The notes under the pieces are model-generated. The model had not been told where the DNA came from and ran no database searches. It saw nothing but the letters and a program-made list of their open reading frames with translations. Positions 1-10,027 of a DNA stretch of 58,430 nucleotides are shown in pieces. Source of the stretch: Verrucomicrobiales bacterium (GTDB lineage: Bacteria; Verrucomicrobiota; Verrucomicrobiia; Limisphaerales; SXQI01); contig SXQI01000074.1 in assembly GCA_005793025.1 (NCBI GenBank), positions 1 through 58,430 of the forward strand, written 5' to 3'. How positions within the stretch are numbered: the first letter of the stretch is position 1; every line of letters starts with the position of its first letter. The position numbers and the translations under genes were made by a program.

Positions 1-94
1 CGTTCGGTCAGGGAAAAGAAGGAAAGTTCGGCGGAACGAATCAATTCAGGCATGAAGTCTTCGACGATAAACCTACCCTCCTTACTCACTTTTT

Positions 95-481
95 ATGTCT
101 GTTTCTTTGGTAGGAATTCGAGTTTCTGGAAGTCCCCTTAAGGAAAAATCATCCTTAGAAACCCGATTAGCAGAAATTAATGCCGCTTTGGGGTTGGTTT
201 TTGGGTATCAAGGAAGGCCCCGTGGACGTGCAACAGGGCAGGGCAACAACCCGGTTTCCCTCAAATCAGCTGTCATGAAAATGACGAATGGACGTGCTTT
301 AACTAGGCTCCAAATCCTCGCTGAACTAGAGGCATTGGGTTATAAATTCAATACGGCCAAGCCTATGAATTCTTTGGGAGTTGTCCTCTATGGAAGGAAG
401 CCGAAATTCAATCGAGAAAATGGAAGTTTTATCCTCGCGCCAGGCCAAATGCCGCCACCCGAGAATCCGACTGTTGGTTAA
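95..481 (+). CDS. hypothetical small protein; possible DNA-binding (AT-hook-like RPRGR plus winged-helix/HARE-HTH-like C-terminus)
   Basis: ATG ORF of 128 aa with no competing frame. It contains GRPRGRATGQG, and the C-terminal LTRLQILAELEALGYKF..NSLGVVLY..F.R..GSFIL pattern resembles a winged helix. No family can be assigned by eye. Confidence 0.45.
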   Translation: MSVSLVGIRVSGSPLKEKSSLETRLAEINAALGLVFGYQGRPRGRATGQGNNPVSLKSAVMKMTNGRALTRLQILAELEALGYKFNTAKPMNSLGVVLYGRKPKFNRENGSFILAPGQMPPPENPTVG

Positions 482-2031
482 GGGATGACGATGGTGGCTC
501 TGCTGGTATGTCCTGCTTTACTCACTGCAAAGAGAGCCATCGCATTTGGTATTTGCTGTTTGGTGGGAAACATCTTGGAAGTATTCATCGCCGGGAGAAT
601 CTCCGTGGTCCAGACGTTGCCACCTCGATGTTGAAACACCCATCGCGCTGGGGATTGATTAGTGCCCGATGACCACATGATTTTCCACTGCGTTCCTTCT
701 GCCTTCGAGAGGTGAGCTATCGGTGGGGGAGGTGGTTTCGTGTTAACCCACGACATGTCAGGAGGCAAAGCAGGTTGGAGGTAGGTTCGGTCTCGCAATA
801 AGTCAGAGAGTTGAGTCGTTTTGCGTTGTAGGCTTCCAATATTCCACAGAATTACCCCTGAATCGCTTCCTGCCTGACGCGTATAGAGAATTTGGCGCGC
901 GATGGCATCGGCCTTCCAAGCCTGTCCAACTTTGACCGCGTTGAGTCCAGGCCACACATGCCGATGTTTTTTGTTTTGGCTGAGCCACCACTGGTGCAAG
1001 GCTCCAAAATCCTGTCCTTGATTTTCAAATCCCCAGTAAAGTTGTGGACTCATGTAGTCCACCCAACCTTCGTTCAACCATAGTTTGGCATCCGCGTAGA
1101 TGCTCTCGTAGGCGTCGAGACCTCGAATTAAGGCGGGGTGGCCTGGGCGCCAAATTCCGAATGGACTAATACCAAAGCGGATTTCTGGTTTTAATCGTTT
1201 GACCTCCCGGTAGAGGCGTTCGACGAGCAAGTTAACATTTTGCCGACGCCAATCGCTGCGACCGAGTTTTCCTCCACTCGATTGGTATTTCGAAAAAGTG
1301 TTTGCGTCAGGAAACGCTAAGATGGTCTGGCTGGTGGTCTTTTCTGGGTAAGGGTAGAAGTAGTCATCAAGATGGATGCCATCCAAATCATAACGCGTGA
1401 TCAAATCGGTTACGATGCTCACTACATGGGATTGAACCTCACTCACTCCGGGGTCCATCCACAGATGATTTCCGTACGTTCGTACCCATTCAGGATGAAG
1501 GATTGCTAAGTGGTTTTTGGCAAGCGGGGTTTTCCTCGGCAGGATGCTTGCCCGATAGGGATTGATCCATGCATGCAACTCTAGCCCACGGGCATGTGCC
1601 TGCCGAACCGCAAACTCCAGCGGATCGTAAAATGGAACGGGAGCTTTTCCCATGATTCCAGTAAGGTATTGGGACCAAGGTTCGATTCGTGACTCGTAGA
1701 GTGCATCTCCTGCGGGTCGGATTTGAAGCACCACTGCGTTCAGATGGGATCTGACTGCTTCATCAAAAAGTGCGATGAGTTCCTGTTGTTGTTGGCCTGA
1801 TGTTAAATCGGGCCGTGAAGGCCAATTGATATTGCCGACCGAAGCAATCCAGACCCCTCGGAATTCTCTAAGTATAGGGGGTGGACGTTCGGCGGATGGC
1901 GAGGGTCGCGAACCCACCACGACAAACAAAAATCCCCAGAAAAAGCACCGAAACAGAATCGCACTAAAGGCGGTCTCTATACTGAGGAACTTACTCGGTT
2001 TGGCCGGTGTCGGGTTGAGAATCTCGTTCAA
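478..2031 (-). CDS. GHL10/DUF187 (YngK/YddW-type) glycoside hydrolase-like protein, probably secreted
   Basis: An N-terminal hydrophobic segment is followed by the blocks [59 protein letters not shown] and [15 protein letters not shown], typical of the family. The start is a TTG overlapping lpxD by 41 nt, so the start is uncertain. Confidence 0.75.
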   Translation of the reverse strand: MNEILNPTPAKPSKFLSIETAFSAILFRCFFWGFLFVVVGSRPSPSAERPPPILREFRGVWIASVGNINWPSRPDLTSGQQQQELIALFDEAVRSHLNAVVLQIRPAGDALYESRIEPWSQYLTGIMGKAPVPFYDPLEFAVRQAHARGLELHAWINPYRASILPRKTPLAKNHLAILHPEWVRTYGNHLWMDPGVSEVQSHVVSIVTDLITRYDLDGIHLDDYFYPYPEKTTSQTILAFPDANTFSKYQSSGGKLGRSDWRRQNVNLLVERLYREVKRLKPEIRFGISPFGIWRPGHPALIRGLDAYESIYADAKLWLNEGWVDYMSPQLYWGFENQGQDFGALHQWWLSQNKKHRHVWPGLNAVKVGQAWKADAIARQILYTRQAGSDSGVILWNIGSLQRKTTQLSDLLRDRTYLQPALPPDMSWVNTKPPPPPIAHLSKAEGTQWKIMWSSGTNQSPARWVFQHRGGNVWTTEILPAMNTSKMFPTKQQIPNAMALFAVSKAGHTSRATIVIP

Positions 2032-3019
2032 GTTTTGCGATTCGTTGAAGTATCTCTGGAAGTTTCAAAGACGCAAGGATAACGCGTTTAGCGGTTCGGT
2101 CGGGTTGGGCTGGACTACCCAACCATTTTTGACCTTCGGGAATATTGTGCATTACGCCGGACTGGGCCGCGACTGTCACTCGATCCCCAATCTCCAAATG
2201 GCCTGCTACGCCGACCTGTCCGGCGAGGATTACGTTTCGTCCAATTCTCGTGCTTCCCGCGATGCCCGCCTGTGCGACGACGATAGAGTGTTCTCCAATA
2301 ACGACGTTGTGAGCGATCTGTACAAGATTGTCAATCTTCGTGCCGCGCCCAATGACAGTGGGCTCCAGAGCTCCTCGATCAATAGTTGTATTGGCACCGA
2401 TCTCAACGTCATCATGGATGATGACCGTTCCGACTTGGGGGATCTTCAGGTGGTGTCCGGCATCAAATACATACCCAAAACCATCCGAGCCGATAACTAC
2501 CCCGCTGTGGATTCGAACTCTTTTGCCAATTTGAGTTCCAGCGTAAATTGTTACGTTTGGGAAGATTTGTGTCGCTTCGCCGATCTTACTGTCAGCAGCA
2601 ATGAAGTTCATCCCTCGGAGCACTGCACCGGGTCCGACTTCAACATTTTGACCCACGGTACAGTGGGGGCCGATGTGGGCGGTTGGATCGATTTTTGCTG
2701 AAGGATCTACGACTGCAGTTGGGTGAATCCCGGCTGGGAAACTGGGTTCTGGAAAAAACAGTGCCAAGACTTTGGCAAAACCTACTCTCGCTTTTGGAAC
2801 TCGGATACAAGTCTTGGTGCAATTGTGCACCTCGGAATCGATGAGGATGGCAGAAGCAGAACTTTTGAGGGCTTTTTCGAAGTAGATTTCGTTCTCTGCG
2901 AATGTCAGATCCCCGAGTTGGGCAGTGGCAACCGGAGCTAAACGGTGCAACACCAATGAACCATCTCCGATGACTTGACCGCCAATCAACGCGGCTACTT
3001 CGCTAGCGGTATAGGTCAT
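1991..3019 (-). CDS. lpxD: UDP-3-O-acylglucosamine N-acyltransferase
   Basis: ATG start. The N-terminus [20 protein letters not shown] is typical of LpxD. Long hexapeptide (left-handed beta-helix) repeats are followed by a C-terminal helical tail. Confidence 0.9.
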   Translation of the reverse strand: MTYTASEVAALIGGQVIGDGSLVLHRLAPVATAQLGDLTFAENEIYFEKALKSSASAILIDSEVHNCTKTCIRVPKARVGFAKVLALFFPEPSFPAGIHPTAVVDPSAKIDPTAHIGPHCTVGQNVEVGPGAVLRGMNFIAADSKIGEATQIFPNVTIYAGTQIGKRVRIHSGVVIGSDGFGYVFDAGHHLKIPQVGTVIIHDDVEIGANTTIDRGALEPTVIGRGTKIDNLVQIAHNVVIGEHSIVVAQAGIAGSTRIGRNVILAGQVGVAGHLEIGDRVTVAAQSGVMHNIPEGQKWLGSPAQPDRTAKRVILASLKLPEILQRIAKLERDSQPDTGQTE

Positions 3020-3028
3020 GAGCGAGTA

Positions 3029-3391
3029 TTAGATTCCCCGTTCGTTGATGATGGAATTATCAGGACCTAGAACAATGACTTGGGGTTGCCAAGTCGGAAT
3101 GTCCGCTGCAGTCAGTGATGCAAACGACATGATGGTGAGTCGGTCACCTTTTTTTCCTAGGTGTGCGGTGGCACCATTTAAAACTATGGCACCAGAGCCC
3201 TGTTCACCGGCAATAACATAAGTTTCGAACCTTTGCCCATTGGCCAAATTACTACACAGGATTCGTTCGTACGGAAGCAGTCCGACTTTCTCCATGAGAT
3301 CACGAGCGATGGTCATACTGCCTTCGTATTGAAGGCTGGCTCCAGTCACCTCGGCCCGATGGATTTTCGATTTGAGTAATTGAACCTGCAT
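3029..3391 (-). CDS. panD: aspartate 1-decarboxylase
   Basis: MQVQLLKSKIHRAEVTGASLQYEGSMTI matches the PanD N-terminus, including the self-processing G-S site. I chose the ATG at 3391 rather than the upstream TTG at 3409 in the ORF track. Confidence 0.9.
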   Translation of the reverse strand: MQVQLLKSKIHRAEVTGASLQYEGSMTIARDLMEKVGLLPYERILCSNLANGQRFETYVIAGEQGSGAIVLNGATAHLGKKGDRLTIMSFASLTAADIPTWQPQVIVLGPDNSIINERGI

Positions 3392-3542
3392 ACTGGCGAT
3401 CGGAGGCAAAACACTCCGATCAAAAAAGTTTCACGCCTAATTGTTGGCGTATGAGTTAGAACTGACAAGTCGTTCGTTGACTTGACTTTCTCAGCACACT
3501 ATAAAGTCCGCGTTACCTAATTCAATCAATACTTTGAATCGT

Positions 3543-4706
3543 ATGGCGAAAACACTTCGCGTCGGCATGATCGGTTACCGATTCATGGGGAAGGCGCATT
3601 CCAACGCTTGGCGTCAGGCACCTCATTTTTTTAATCTACCTGCCTCCGTCGAGATGCACACCATTTGTGGACGAGATTTGGCTGGGGTGGAATCGGCTAG
3701 AGCGCAACTGGGTTGGCAGCACGCATCAACCGACTGGAAGGCTGTAGTTAACAGTCCAGACATTGACATCGTTGATATCAATACGCCGAACGATTCCCAT
3801 GCCGAAATTGCCATCGCTGCAGCAAAAGCTGGGAAGCATATCCTTTGTGAAAAGCCACTGGCTCTGACGGTCGCTCAGTGTAAGGAGATGATCCAAGCGG
3901 TTAAGAAAGCGAAGGTGGTTAACATGGTCTGCCATAACTACCGTCGGATCCCTGCGATTGCTCAGGCAAAAAAAATGATTGATGAAGGCTCGCTAGGTGA
4001 AATTTTCCATTACCGAGCCCGCTATGCCCAAGATTGGATCGTTGACCCTGAATTTCCTCTAGTTTGGCGCTTGCAAAAGGGTGTTTCTGGCAGTGGAACC
4101 CATGGAGACATCAACGCCCACATCATCGATTTAGGACGCTACCTCGTCGGCGAATTCAAAGAGGTTTGTGGATTGATGCATACATTCATTAAAGAACGTC
4201 CGCTGATGGATCAGAGCGGGAAAGGGGACGGTCTCGGAGCCAAAGGCAGTAAAAAAATGGGCAAAGTAACTGTGGATGATGCAGCGATGTTTATCGGCCG
4301 TTTTCAGAACGGCGCACTAGCCAATCTTGAAGCTACTCGGTTCGCTTTAGGCCGAAAGAACCACGTTTCAATTGAAATCAATGGATCCAAGGGGTCGCTA
4401 CAATTCGACCTCGAAGACATGAATCGCCTCAAGTATTTTGACAATACAAACCCTCAGGATCGGCAGGGGTTCCGAGATATTTTGGTGACCCAAGGCGGAG
4501 GAACGCATCCGTTTGTTGGCAACTGGTGGCCTCCTGGACACATCATCGGTTACGAACATACCTTTGTTCATACCATTGCGGATTTTGTCCAAGCGGTAAT
4601 GGACGGAAAATCGGTGCATCCGACATTCGAAGATGGTTTAAAAAATGAACGCGTCTTGGAGGCTGTCGAAGAATCCGCAAAGAGCCGGCAGTGGGTGAAG
4701 GTCTAG
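3543..4706 (+). CDS. Gfo/Idh/MocA family oxidoreductase (cytoplasmic)
   Basis: Has a Rossmann N-terminus (LRVGMIGYRFMGKAH), the EKPL motif (CEKPLALT) and a C-terminal alpha/beta domain. The ATG at 3543 is preferred over the TTG at 3534. Confidence 0.85.
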   Translation: MAKTLRVGMIGYRFMGKAHSNAWRQAPHFFNLPASVEMHTICGRDLAGVESARAQLGWQHASTDWKAVVNSPDIDIVDINTPNDSHAEIAIAAAKAGKHILCEKPLALTVAQCKEMIQAVKKAKVVNMVCHNYRRIPAIAQAKKMIDEGSLGEIFHYRARYAQDWIVDPEFPLVWRLQKGVSGSGTHGDINAHIIDLGRYLVGEFKEVCGLMHTFIKERPLMDQSGKGDGLGAKGSKKMGKVTVDDAAMFIGRFQNGALANLEATRFALGRKNHVSIEINGSKGSLQFDLEDMNRLKYFDNTNPQDRQGFRDILVTQGGGTHPFVGNWWPPGHIIGYEHTFVHTIADFVQAVMDGKSVHPTFEDGLKNERVLEAVEESAKSRQWVKV

Positions 4707-4718
4707 ACTAACATTTCG

Positions 4719-4760
4719 AAACAGGGACGGCACACAAAGTCGTCCCTGTTTTATTTTTAT
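4719..4760 (+). terminator. Rho-independent terminator after the first Gfo/Idh/MocA gene
   Basis: Perfect 11-bp stem AAACAGGGACG / CGTCCCTGTTT (4719-4729 and 4741-4751) with an 11-nt loop, followed by TATTTTTATT. Confidence 0.8.
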
Positions 4761-4769
4761 TATAAACAG

Positions 4770-5873
4770 ATGAGTAAACTTGGCCTTGCCCTCATTGGTT
4801 GCGGCGGAATCTCACTACAGAATCACCTTCCGGGTTTAGCAATGTGCCCAGATGTCGCCGTAGTGGCACTCTGCGACACGGATCCTGCGACTTTATCGCG
4901 AGCGAAAAGTCAAACAGGGTTGGATGCAGTTTATAGCAACTACCACGATGTAATGAAGCGGGATGACGTCCATGCGGTCATCGTTGCGACGCCAAATATA
5001 GTTCATGCAGAATTAGTTCTAGCCGCGATAGCAGCGGGCAAGCATGTTTTTTGCGAAAAACCCATGGCAATGAATTATGGGGATGCGCGAGCTATGTATC
5101 TTGCGGCTGAGCGTGCGAATGTTCGTCACATGACGGCGTTCACTTATCGATTCGTTCCCGCGATGCGTTACATGGGACACTTGATTCAAAAAGGAGCAGT
5201 CGGAATACCTTACCATTTCCGTAGCTGCCGATTGCAGGATTGGGGTGTTCGCAATATCGGTTGGCGGCAAGTCCAGAAATTGGCCGGCACTGGCGAGCTC
5301 GGCGATATGCTCTCTCACCGCATCGATTACGCCCAGTTCCTGATTGGAGAAATGGATCGGTTGGTCGCGAATACCAAACGCTTTCATGATTTGCGTGATG
5401 GCAAACCTTCGGATCTCGAGGACTGGGTCACGATTCTGGCTGACTACAAAGTGGGAGCCTCGGGAGTGTTGGAGAGCAGCAAAGTGGCGACCGGCCGTGG
5501 AGAAAGTGCTGCCAGCCAAGATTATGTCGAAGTTAATGGGAGTGAAGGTTCGATAGTGTTTCAACTTGAGCATCCCCATCAATTGCAGGTTTCTAAAAAG
5601 GGCGATAAATCCCTGAGCAAAATTTCAGTTCCACAAGAGTTTTTGAAGTGGCCTGGGTCCCCTCGCGATGCCATGGCGGGTGATCCACTCTTCAGTTTTC
5701 GCTACGACCAAAGTTTCGAGTTCATCGACGCCATCCGCAACCAACGACAATGTTCTCCCTCGTTTTTCGAAGGTGCAATGGTTCAAGGAATCATGGATGC
5801 CGCAGTGCTGTCTGTTGAAGATCGCAGTTGGATCGAGGTCGGAGGTTTGGGGCATGATTTGAAGCCTGTTTAG
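4770..5873 (+). CDS. Gfo/Idh/MocA family oxidoreductase (cytoplasmic)
   Basis: LGLALIGCGGIS Rossmann start and CEKPMA motif; 367 aa with an ATG start. Confidence 0.85.
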   Translation: MSKLGLALIGCGGISLQNHLPGLAMCPDVAVVALCDTDPATLSRAKSQTGLDAVYSNYHDVMKRDDVHAVIVATPNIVHAELVLAAIAAGKHVFCEKPMAMNYGDARAMYLAAERANVRHMTAFTYRFVPAMRYMGHLIQKGAVGIPYHFRSCRLQDWGVRNIGWRQVQKLAGTGELGDMLSHRIDYAQFLIGEMDRLVANTKRFHDLRDGKPSDLEDWVTILADYKVGASGVLESSKVATGRGESAASQDYVEVNGSEGSIVFQLEHPHQLQVSKKGDKSLSKISVPQEFLKWPGSPRDAMAGDPLFSFRYDQSFEFIDAIRNQRQCSPSFFEGAMVQGIMDAAVLSVEDRSWIEVGGLGHDLKPV

Positions 5874-5883
5874 AGTTTCATTT

Positions 5884-6594
5884 ATGATAAAAAACGCTGT
5901 TGTTACAGGGGCTGGGAGTGGAGTGGGGCGTGCATGTGCAATCCAATTACTGAGAGAAGGTTGGAGAGTCGCTTTGTTGGGTAGAAGATCTGAGAGTTTG
6001 GAAGACACCGCAAAACAAAGTGCACACTCAGATCAATGTCTGCTGGTCACTTGCGATGTTAGCTCTGAATCTGCGGTCGCGATGGCTGGAAAAAAAGTCT
6101 TAAGTGCGTTTGGAGAGGTTGAGGTGCTGGTGAATGCCGCTGGCACAAATGTCCCTCGGCGCAGTCTCGAAGTGCTTGCTTCATCGGACTATCACGAGAT
6201 GATTAACACGAACCTGAACGGGAGCTATTATTGTGTTCAGGCGTTCCTCGAACAAATGCGCCGACGTCGTTCAGGAACGATCGTGAATATTGTTTCTGAT
6301 TCAGCTCGTCAGGCGAGTCCAAAGGCAGGCCCCGGCTATTCCATGTCGAAGTTCGGAGTTCTGGGGTTGACCCAAGCGATCAACGCTGAGGAACGTCCTA
6401 ATGGGATTCGTGCTTGTGCTATTTTACCCGGTGACATCGACACGGATTTGTTAGCCCGCCGGCCGAACCCTCCTGACATGGTGGCTCGCGCTCGAATGAT
6501 GCAATCCGATGATATCGCCCGATGCGTGATGTTAGCCGTCAACCTCCCTGCTCGCGCCGTGATTGAGGAGTTATTAATTCGTCCGGGTGCTTAG
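5884..6594 (+). CDS. short-chain dehydrogenase/reductase (SDR)
   Basis: Contains TGAGSGVGRA (TGxxxGxG), NAAG and YSMSKFG (YxxxK). Confidence 0.85.
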   Translation: MIKNAVVTGAGSGVGRACAIQLLREGWRVALLGRRSESLEDTAKQSAHSDQCLLVTCDVSSESAVAMAGKKVLSAFGEVEVLVNAAGTNVPRRSLEVLASSDYHEMINTNLNGSYYCVQAFLEQMRRRRSGTIVNIVSDSARQASPKAGPGYSMSKFGVLGLTQAINAEERPNGIRACAILPGDIDTDLLARRPNPPDMVARARMMQSDDIARCVMLAVNLPARAVIEELLIRPGA

Positions 6595-6609
6595 TCCATC
6601 TAAGATGGG

Positions 6610-7338
6610 CTAGCCACCCAAATAGGCTTTCCGTATATCGGGATTGTTCCTTAAGGAATAAGATCGGTCTTGGAGAATGATCCTTCCCGTTTCTAAAACA
6701 TATCCGTAGTCGGAAATCTCGAGGGCGAGGTTAGCATTTTGTTCCACGAGTAGAATCGTTATTTTTTGCTCGCGGTTGATTTCCACAATTTTCTCGAAAA
6801 TCGTTTTTACCAATAGTGGTGCGATCCCTAACGAGGGTTCATCCAGCATCAAGAACTGAGGTTCACTCATCAGCGCCCGGCCGATTGCCAGCATTTGCTG
6901 CTCTCCTCCTGATAGAGTTCCTGCGATTTGCTTCGCCCGCTCTTGGAGTCTTGGAAAGGTTGTAAAGACGAATTCGAGTTGGGACTTAATCTTCTTCTTA
7001 TCTTTGCGCAGATAGGCACCCATCTGCAGATTCTCCAACACGGTTAGATTAGAGAAAACCATTCGTCCCTCAGGAACATGAGCCAGACCTCGACTGACGA
7101 TTTGATGCGCCTTAAGGTTGGTTATTTCCTCTCCTTGATAAAGCACTTGGCCTGATTTGACGGGGACGAGGGCGGAAATCGCTCGGAGAGTGGTAGTCTT
7201 CCCAGCGCCATTTCCGCCGAGGAGCGTAACGATGCTACCTTTAGAAACATTGAGGCTGACGTTTTGAAGGGCGTTAATGACGCCGTAAGTCACAACGACA
7301 TTTTGCAACTCCAGAAGATTGGCTTGGATTTCGGGCAT
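6610..7338 (-). CDS. livF: branched-chain amino acid ABC transporter ATP-binding protein
   Basis: Walker A GGNGAGKTT, signature LSGGEQQML and Walker B LMLDEPS. The ATG at 7338 lies 1 nt after the livG stop, whereas the ORF track starts at a TTG at 7350. Confidence 0.85.
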   Translation of the reverse strand: MPEIQANLLELQNVVVTYGVINALQNVSLNVSKGSIVTLLGGNGAGKTTTLRAISALVPVKSGQVLYQGEEITNLKAHQIVSRGLAHVPEGRMVFSNLTVLENLQMGAYLRKDKKKIKSQLEFVFTTFPRLQERAKQIAGTLSGGEQQMLAIGRALMSEPQFLMLDEPSLGIAPLLVKTIFEKIVEINREQKITILLVEQNANLALEISDYGYVLETGRIILQDRSYSLRNNPDIRKAYLGG

Positions 7339-7339
7339 T

Positions 7340-8104
7340 TTACTCACCAAGATATGCTTCGATTACCTTTGGATCCGAGCGAATTTGATCCGGTGATCCC
7401 TCAGCGATTTTGATGCCGTAATCCAATACAGCAATACGTTGGCAAATCCCCATCACCACTTGCATATCGTGCTCGACCAGCAGGACAGAGATTTGGAATT
7501 TGTCTTTGACGAACTGGATGAGGTTCATGAGTTGAAGTTTTTCAGTCGCATTCATTCCGGCAGCAGGTTCATCGAGAAGCAACATTCTTGGCCGGGTTGC
7601 CAATGCACGGACGATTTCTAATCGGCGCTGGTCGCCGTAGGGTAAGTTTTTTGCGAAAAGGTCGCGATGATTCTCTAATTGGAAAATGCGGAGTAGCTCC
7701 ATCACTTGGTCGGAGACCTCTTTTTCTTCTTGAGCAAACGCTTTGCCACGCCACCACGCATGAGAAACTCCACTCAAAAGGTGGAGATGAAAGGCCACAC
7801 GGACATTGTCGAAGACGCTGAGGGATGGAAAAAGCCTAATGTTTTGAAATGTGCGAGCGATTCCATGGCTCGTAATCTGATAGGGCTCTAAACGAGAAAT
7901 TGAATGACCATCAAACTCGATCCTTCCTTCGGTAGGCTGATACACGCCAGTAATCAAATTGAAAACCGTAGTTTTTCCAGCTCCATTAGGACCGATCAAA
8001 CCCACGAGTTCGTTGGCTTTGATCTGAAAATCGAGATTTGAAACCGCTGTAAGTCCACCAAATCTGATTGTGCAGGCGTCGAGTTTTAGGAGGTGGCAAT
8101 TCAT
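7340..8104 (-). CDS. livG: branched-chain amino acid ABC transporter ATP-binding protein
   Basis: Walker A GPNGAGKTT, LPYGDQRRLEI and LLLDEPAAG. The ATG overlaps the livM stop (ATGA). Confidence 0.85.
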   Translation of the reverse strand: MNCHLLKLDACTIRFGGLTAVSNLDFQIKANELVGLIGPNGAGKTTVFNLITGVYQPTEGRIEFDGHSISRLEPYQITSHGIARTFQNIRLFPSLSVFDNVRVAFHLHLLSGVSHAWWRGKAFAQEEKEVSDQVMELLRIFQLENHRDLFAKNLPYGDQRRLEIVRALATRPRMLLLDEPAAGMNATEKLQLMNLIQFVKDKFQISVLLVEHDMQVVMGICQRIAVLDYGIKIAEGSPDQIRSDPKVIEAYLGE

Positions 8105-9048
8105 GGCGTGCGCACAGAAGGACGATTGGAGCGAAAGGAAAATAGCCCTTGGGGTCGGGTGAGCATCAGGATGATTAATAGAAGGGAATAAATCACCATT
8201 CGATATTCTGCGACAGGGCGCAGAACCTCGGGAAGCAGGGTGAGGAGAATCGCGGCCAAAATAACGCCACGAGTATTCGCCATCCCCCCGAGAATCACCA
8301 TAACCACGATCTCGATGGATCGCATGAAATCAAATCCTTTTGGATCAATCGAGGACTTCAAGTGACCGTAAAGACCACCTGCGATGCCCGCAAAAAATGC
8401 GCTGACGACAAAAGCGATGATCTTGTAGCGCGTTGTGTTAATCCCCATCGCTTCAGCGGCCACTTCATCGTCGCGGACAGCAAGGAAACCGCGCCCAAAT
8501 GTGGAGTGAACTAGTGCAAGGACGACGTAAATTGTGAGAATAGCCCACACAGCTACCCAAAAGAGGTTGGTGTAAAATGGGATGCCATTTAACCCCAGAG
8601 CTCCTCCAAGAGAATCCACATTGCGCAAGAGGACTCGAATAATTTCTCCAAATCCCAACGTCACGATGGCTAAATAATCGCCTTTGAGTCGAAGTGATGG
8701 TGCACCAACGACGATTCCTGCAGCGGCTGCAATCCCACCCCCAAGGAGAAGGGCGAGAAAAAAAACTGCTTGGGTGACCCACCCGTTTGCATTAGGAAAA
8801 ATCGCTGGAGCCGCGAACAGGGTGAACGCCGCAGAGGCATAGGCACCGATGGCCATAAAACCCGCATGACCCAAGGAGAATTGGCCTGTATATCCGTTAA
8901 CAAGATTCAAGCTGACCGCGAGGACGATATTGATCCCCACAGTGAGGATTACATCGAGGTAGTAGGGATTGAGATAAGGGGCTAGAAAACTCGTGCCAAG
9001 GGCGCAGGCGAGTGCGCCGATTAAAAAAGTTTTTGGACGATGCTGCAT
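8101..9048 (-). CDS. livM: branched-chain amino acid ABC transporter permease
   Basis: Polytopic membrane protein in LivM position and of LivM size. The block GQFSLGHAGFMAIGAY is typical. Confidence 0.8.
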   Translation of the reverse strand: MQHRPKTFLIGALACALGTSFLAPYLNPYYLDVILTVGINIVLAVSLNLVNGYTGQFSLGHAGFMAIGAYASAAFTLFAAPAIFPNANGWVTQAVFFLALLLGGGIAAAAGIVVGAPSLRLKGDYLAIVTLGFGEIIRVLLRNVDSLGGALGLNGIPFYTNLFWVAVWAILTIYVVLALVHSTFGRGFLAVRDDEVAAEAMGINTTRYKIIAFVVSAFFAGIAGGLYGHLKSSIDPKGFDFMRSIEIVVMVILGGMANTRGVILAAILLTLLPEVLRPVAEYRMVIYSLLLIILMLTRPQGLFSFRSNRPSVRTP

Positions 9049-9049
9049 C

Positions 9050-9940
9050 TCAGACTTTTTCGACGGTTACTTTCCCTAGAAGTCCTGCGGGACGGAAAAT
9101 AAGGATAAAAATGAGCAGGATAAAGGCAATCGCATCGGTATAGGTTGAGTATGGACTGCCGTTAACAAAGGTTTCTATGACGCCGAGAAGAAGGCCGCCG
9201 AGGGCAGCTCCTGGGATGTTTCCGATACCCCCGACAACGGCTGCTACGAATGCCTTTAACCCAGGGAGCACTCCCATCAACGGTTCGATACTGGGATAGT
9301 TTAAAGCGTAGAGAATGCCGCCAGCGGCTGCCAATGCTGAACCAAGACCGAAAGTGAAGGAAATCACAACGTCGTTGTTAATTCCCACCAACGAAGCAGC
9401 AGTGGGGTTAAATGAAACTGCACGCATCGCTGTCCCAATCTTGGTGTAAAGGACGATGTATTGGAGAAGGACGATAAGAAAAAGAGTCATCCCAATAACA
9501 AGGATTTGCGTGCTCGAAAGGATTATTCCACCGGGTAAGAGGAAAGACTTCACAGGAAACAGGGCAGGGAACAATAACGGTTTTGTAAGCTTGATCTGAA
9601 AACTATACTCAAGGAAAAGTGAGACTCCGATTGCGGTTATCAAAACGTTCAGTTTTGAACTATTGCGCAATGGGCGATAAGCCAACCTCTCGATTGTCAT
9701 TCCAAGTAACGCGCATAACCCCATCGAAAGGATCATTACCATAACTCCTCCGAAGATGGATTCGATTTGGAAAAACCGAGAGAATAAATAACCAGAAAAA
9801 GCTCCCACCATGAACACGTCGCTGTGGGCAAAATTTATGAAACGTAATACTCCATAAACCATCGTGTAACCGAGGGCTATCAAAGCGTAAATGGCTCCGA
9901 GGCCGACGCCGTTGATGATTTGTTGAAGGAACTCAATCAC
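9050..9940 (-). CDS. livH: branched-chain amino acid ABC transporter permease
   Basis: The IEFLQQIINGVGLGAIYALIALGYTMVYG block matches the LivH N-terminus. I prefer the GTG at 9940 over the TTG at 9973; either is possible. Confidence 0.8.
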   Translation of the reverse strand: MIEFLQQIINGVGLGAIYALIALGYTMVYGVLRFINFAHSDVFMVGAFSGYLFSRFFQIESIFGGVMVMILSMGLCALLGMTIERLAYRPLRNSSKLNVLITAIGVSLFLEYSFQIKLTKPLLFPALFPVKSFLLPGGIILSSTQILVIGMTLFLIVLLQYIVLYTKIGTAMRAVSFNPTAASLVGINNDVVISFTFGLGSALAAAGGILYALNYPSIEPLMGVLPGLKAFVAAVVGGIGNIPGAALGGLLLGVIETFVNGSPYSTYTDAIAFILLIFILIFRPAGLLGKVTVEKV

Positions 9941-10027
9941 GGTCGGCAGAGTAGCAGGTGAACCCAGCAACAAAAAGGAAAGATCTCGTTTTTGGAAAAC
10001 GATAGCACGGGTGCCTTTTCATATAAT

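Noticed and set aside
1-53. Possible 5-prime end of a minus-strand gene (ATG at 53-51, MPELIRSAELSFFSLTE...) running out of the window.
   Set aside because: Only 17 codons are visible, which is too short to support a call.
1775-2701. 308-aa ORF on the plus strand opposite lpxD.
   Set aside because: It is a shadow ORF. It lies antisense to the hexapeptide-repeat region of a clearly recognisable LpxD, and its S/C/R/D-rich composition has no recognisable motifs. Repetitive codon periodicity on the sense strand suppresses stops on the antisense strand.
5019-5582. 187-aa minus-strand ORF inside the second Gfo/Idh/MocA gene.
   Set aside because: It is fully embedded antisense to a well-supported oxidoreductase gene. 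It has no motifs and its composition is implausible for a protein.
6593-6611. A 7-bp hairpin (AGTCCAT-CTAAG-ATGGGCT, one G-U pair) between the convergent SDR and livF genes.
   Set aside because: It is short, has no U-tract and overlaps both stop codons. It is too weak to call a terminator.
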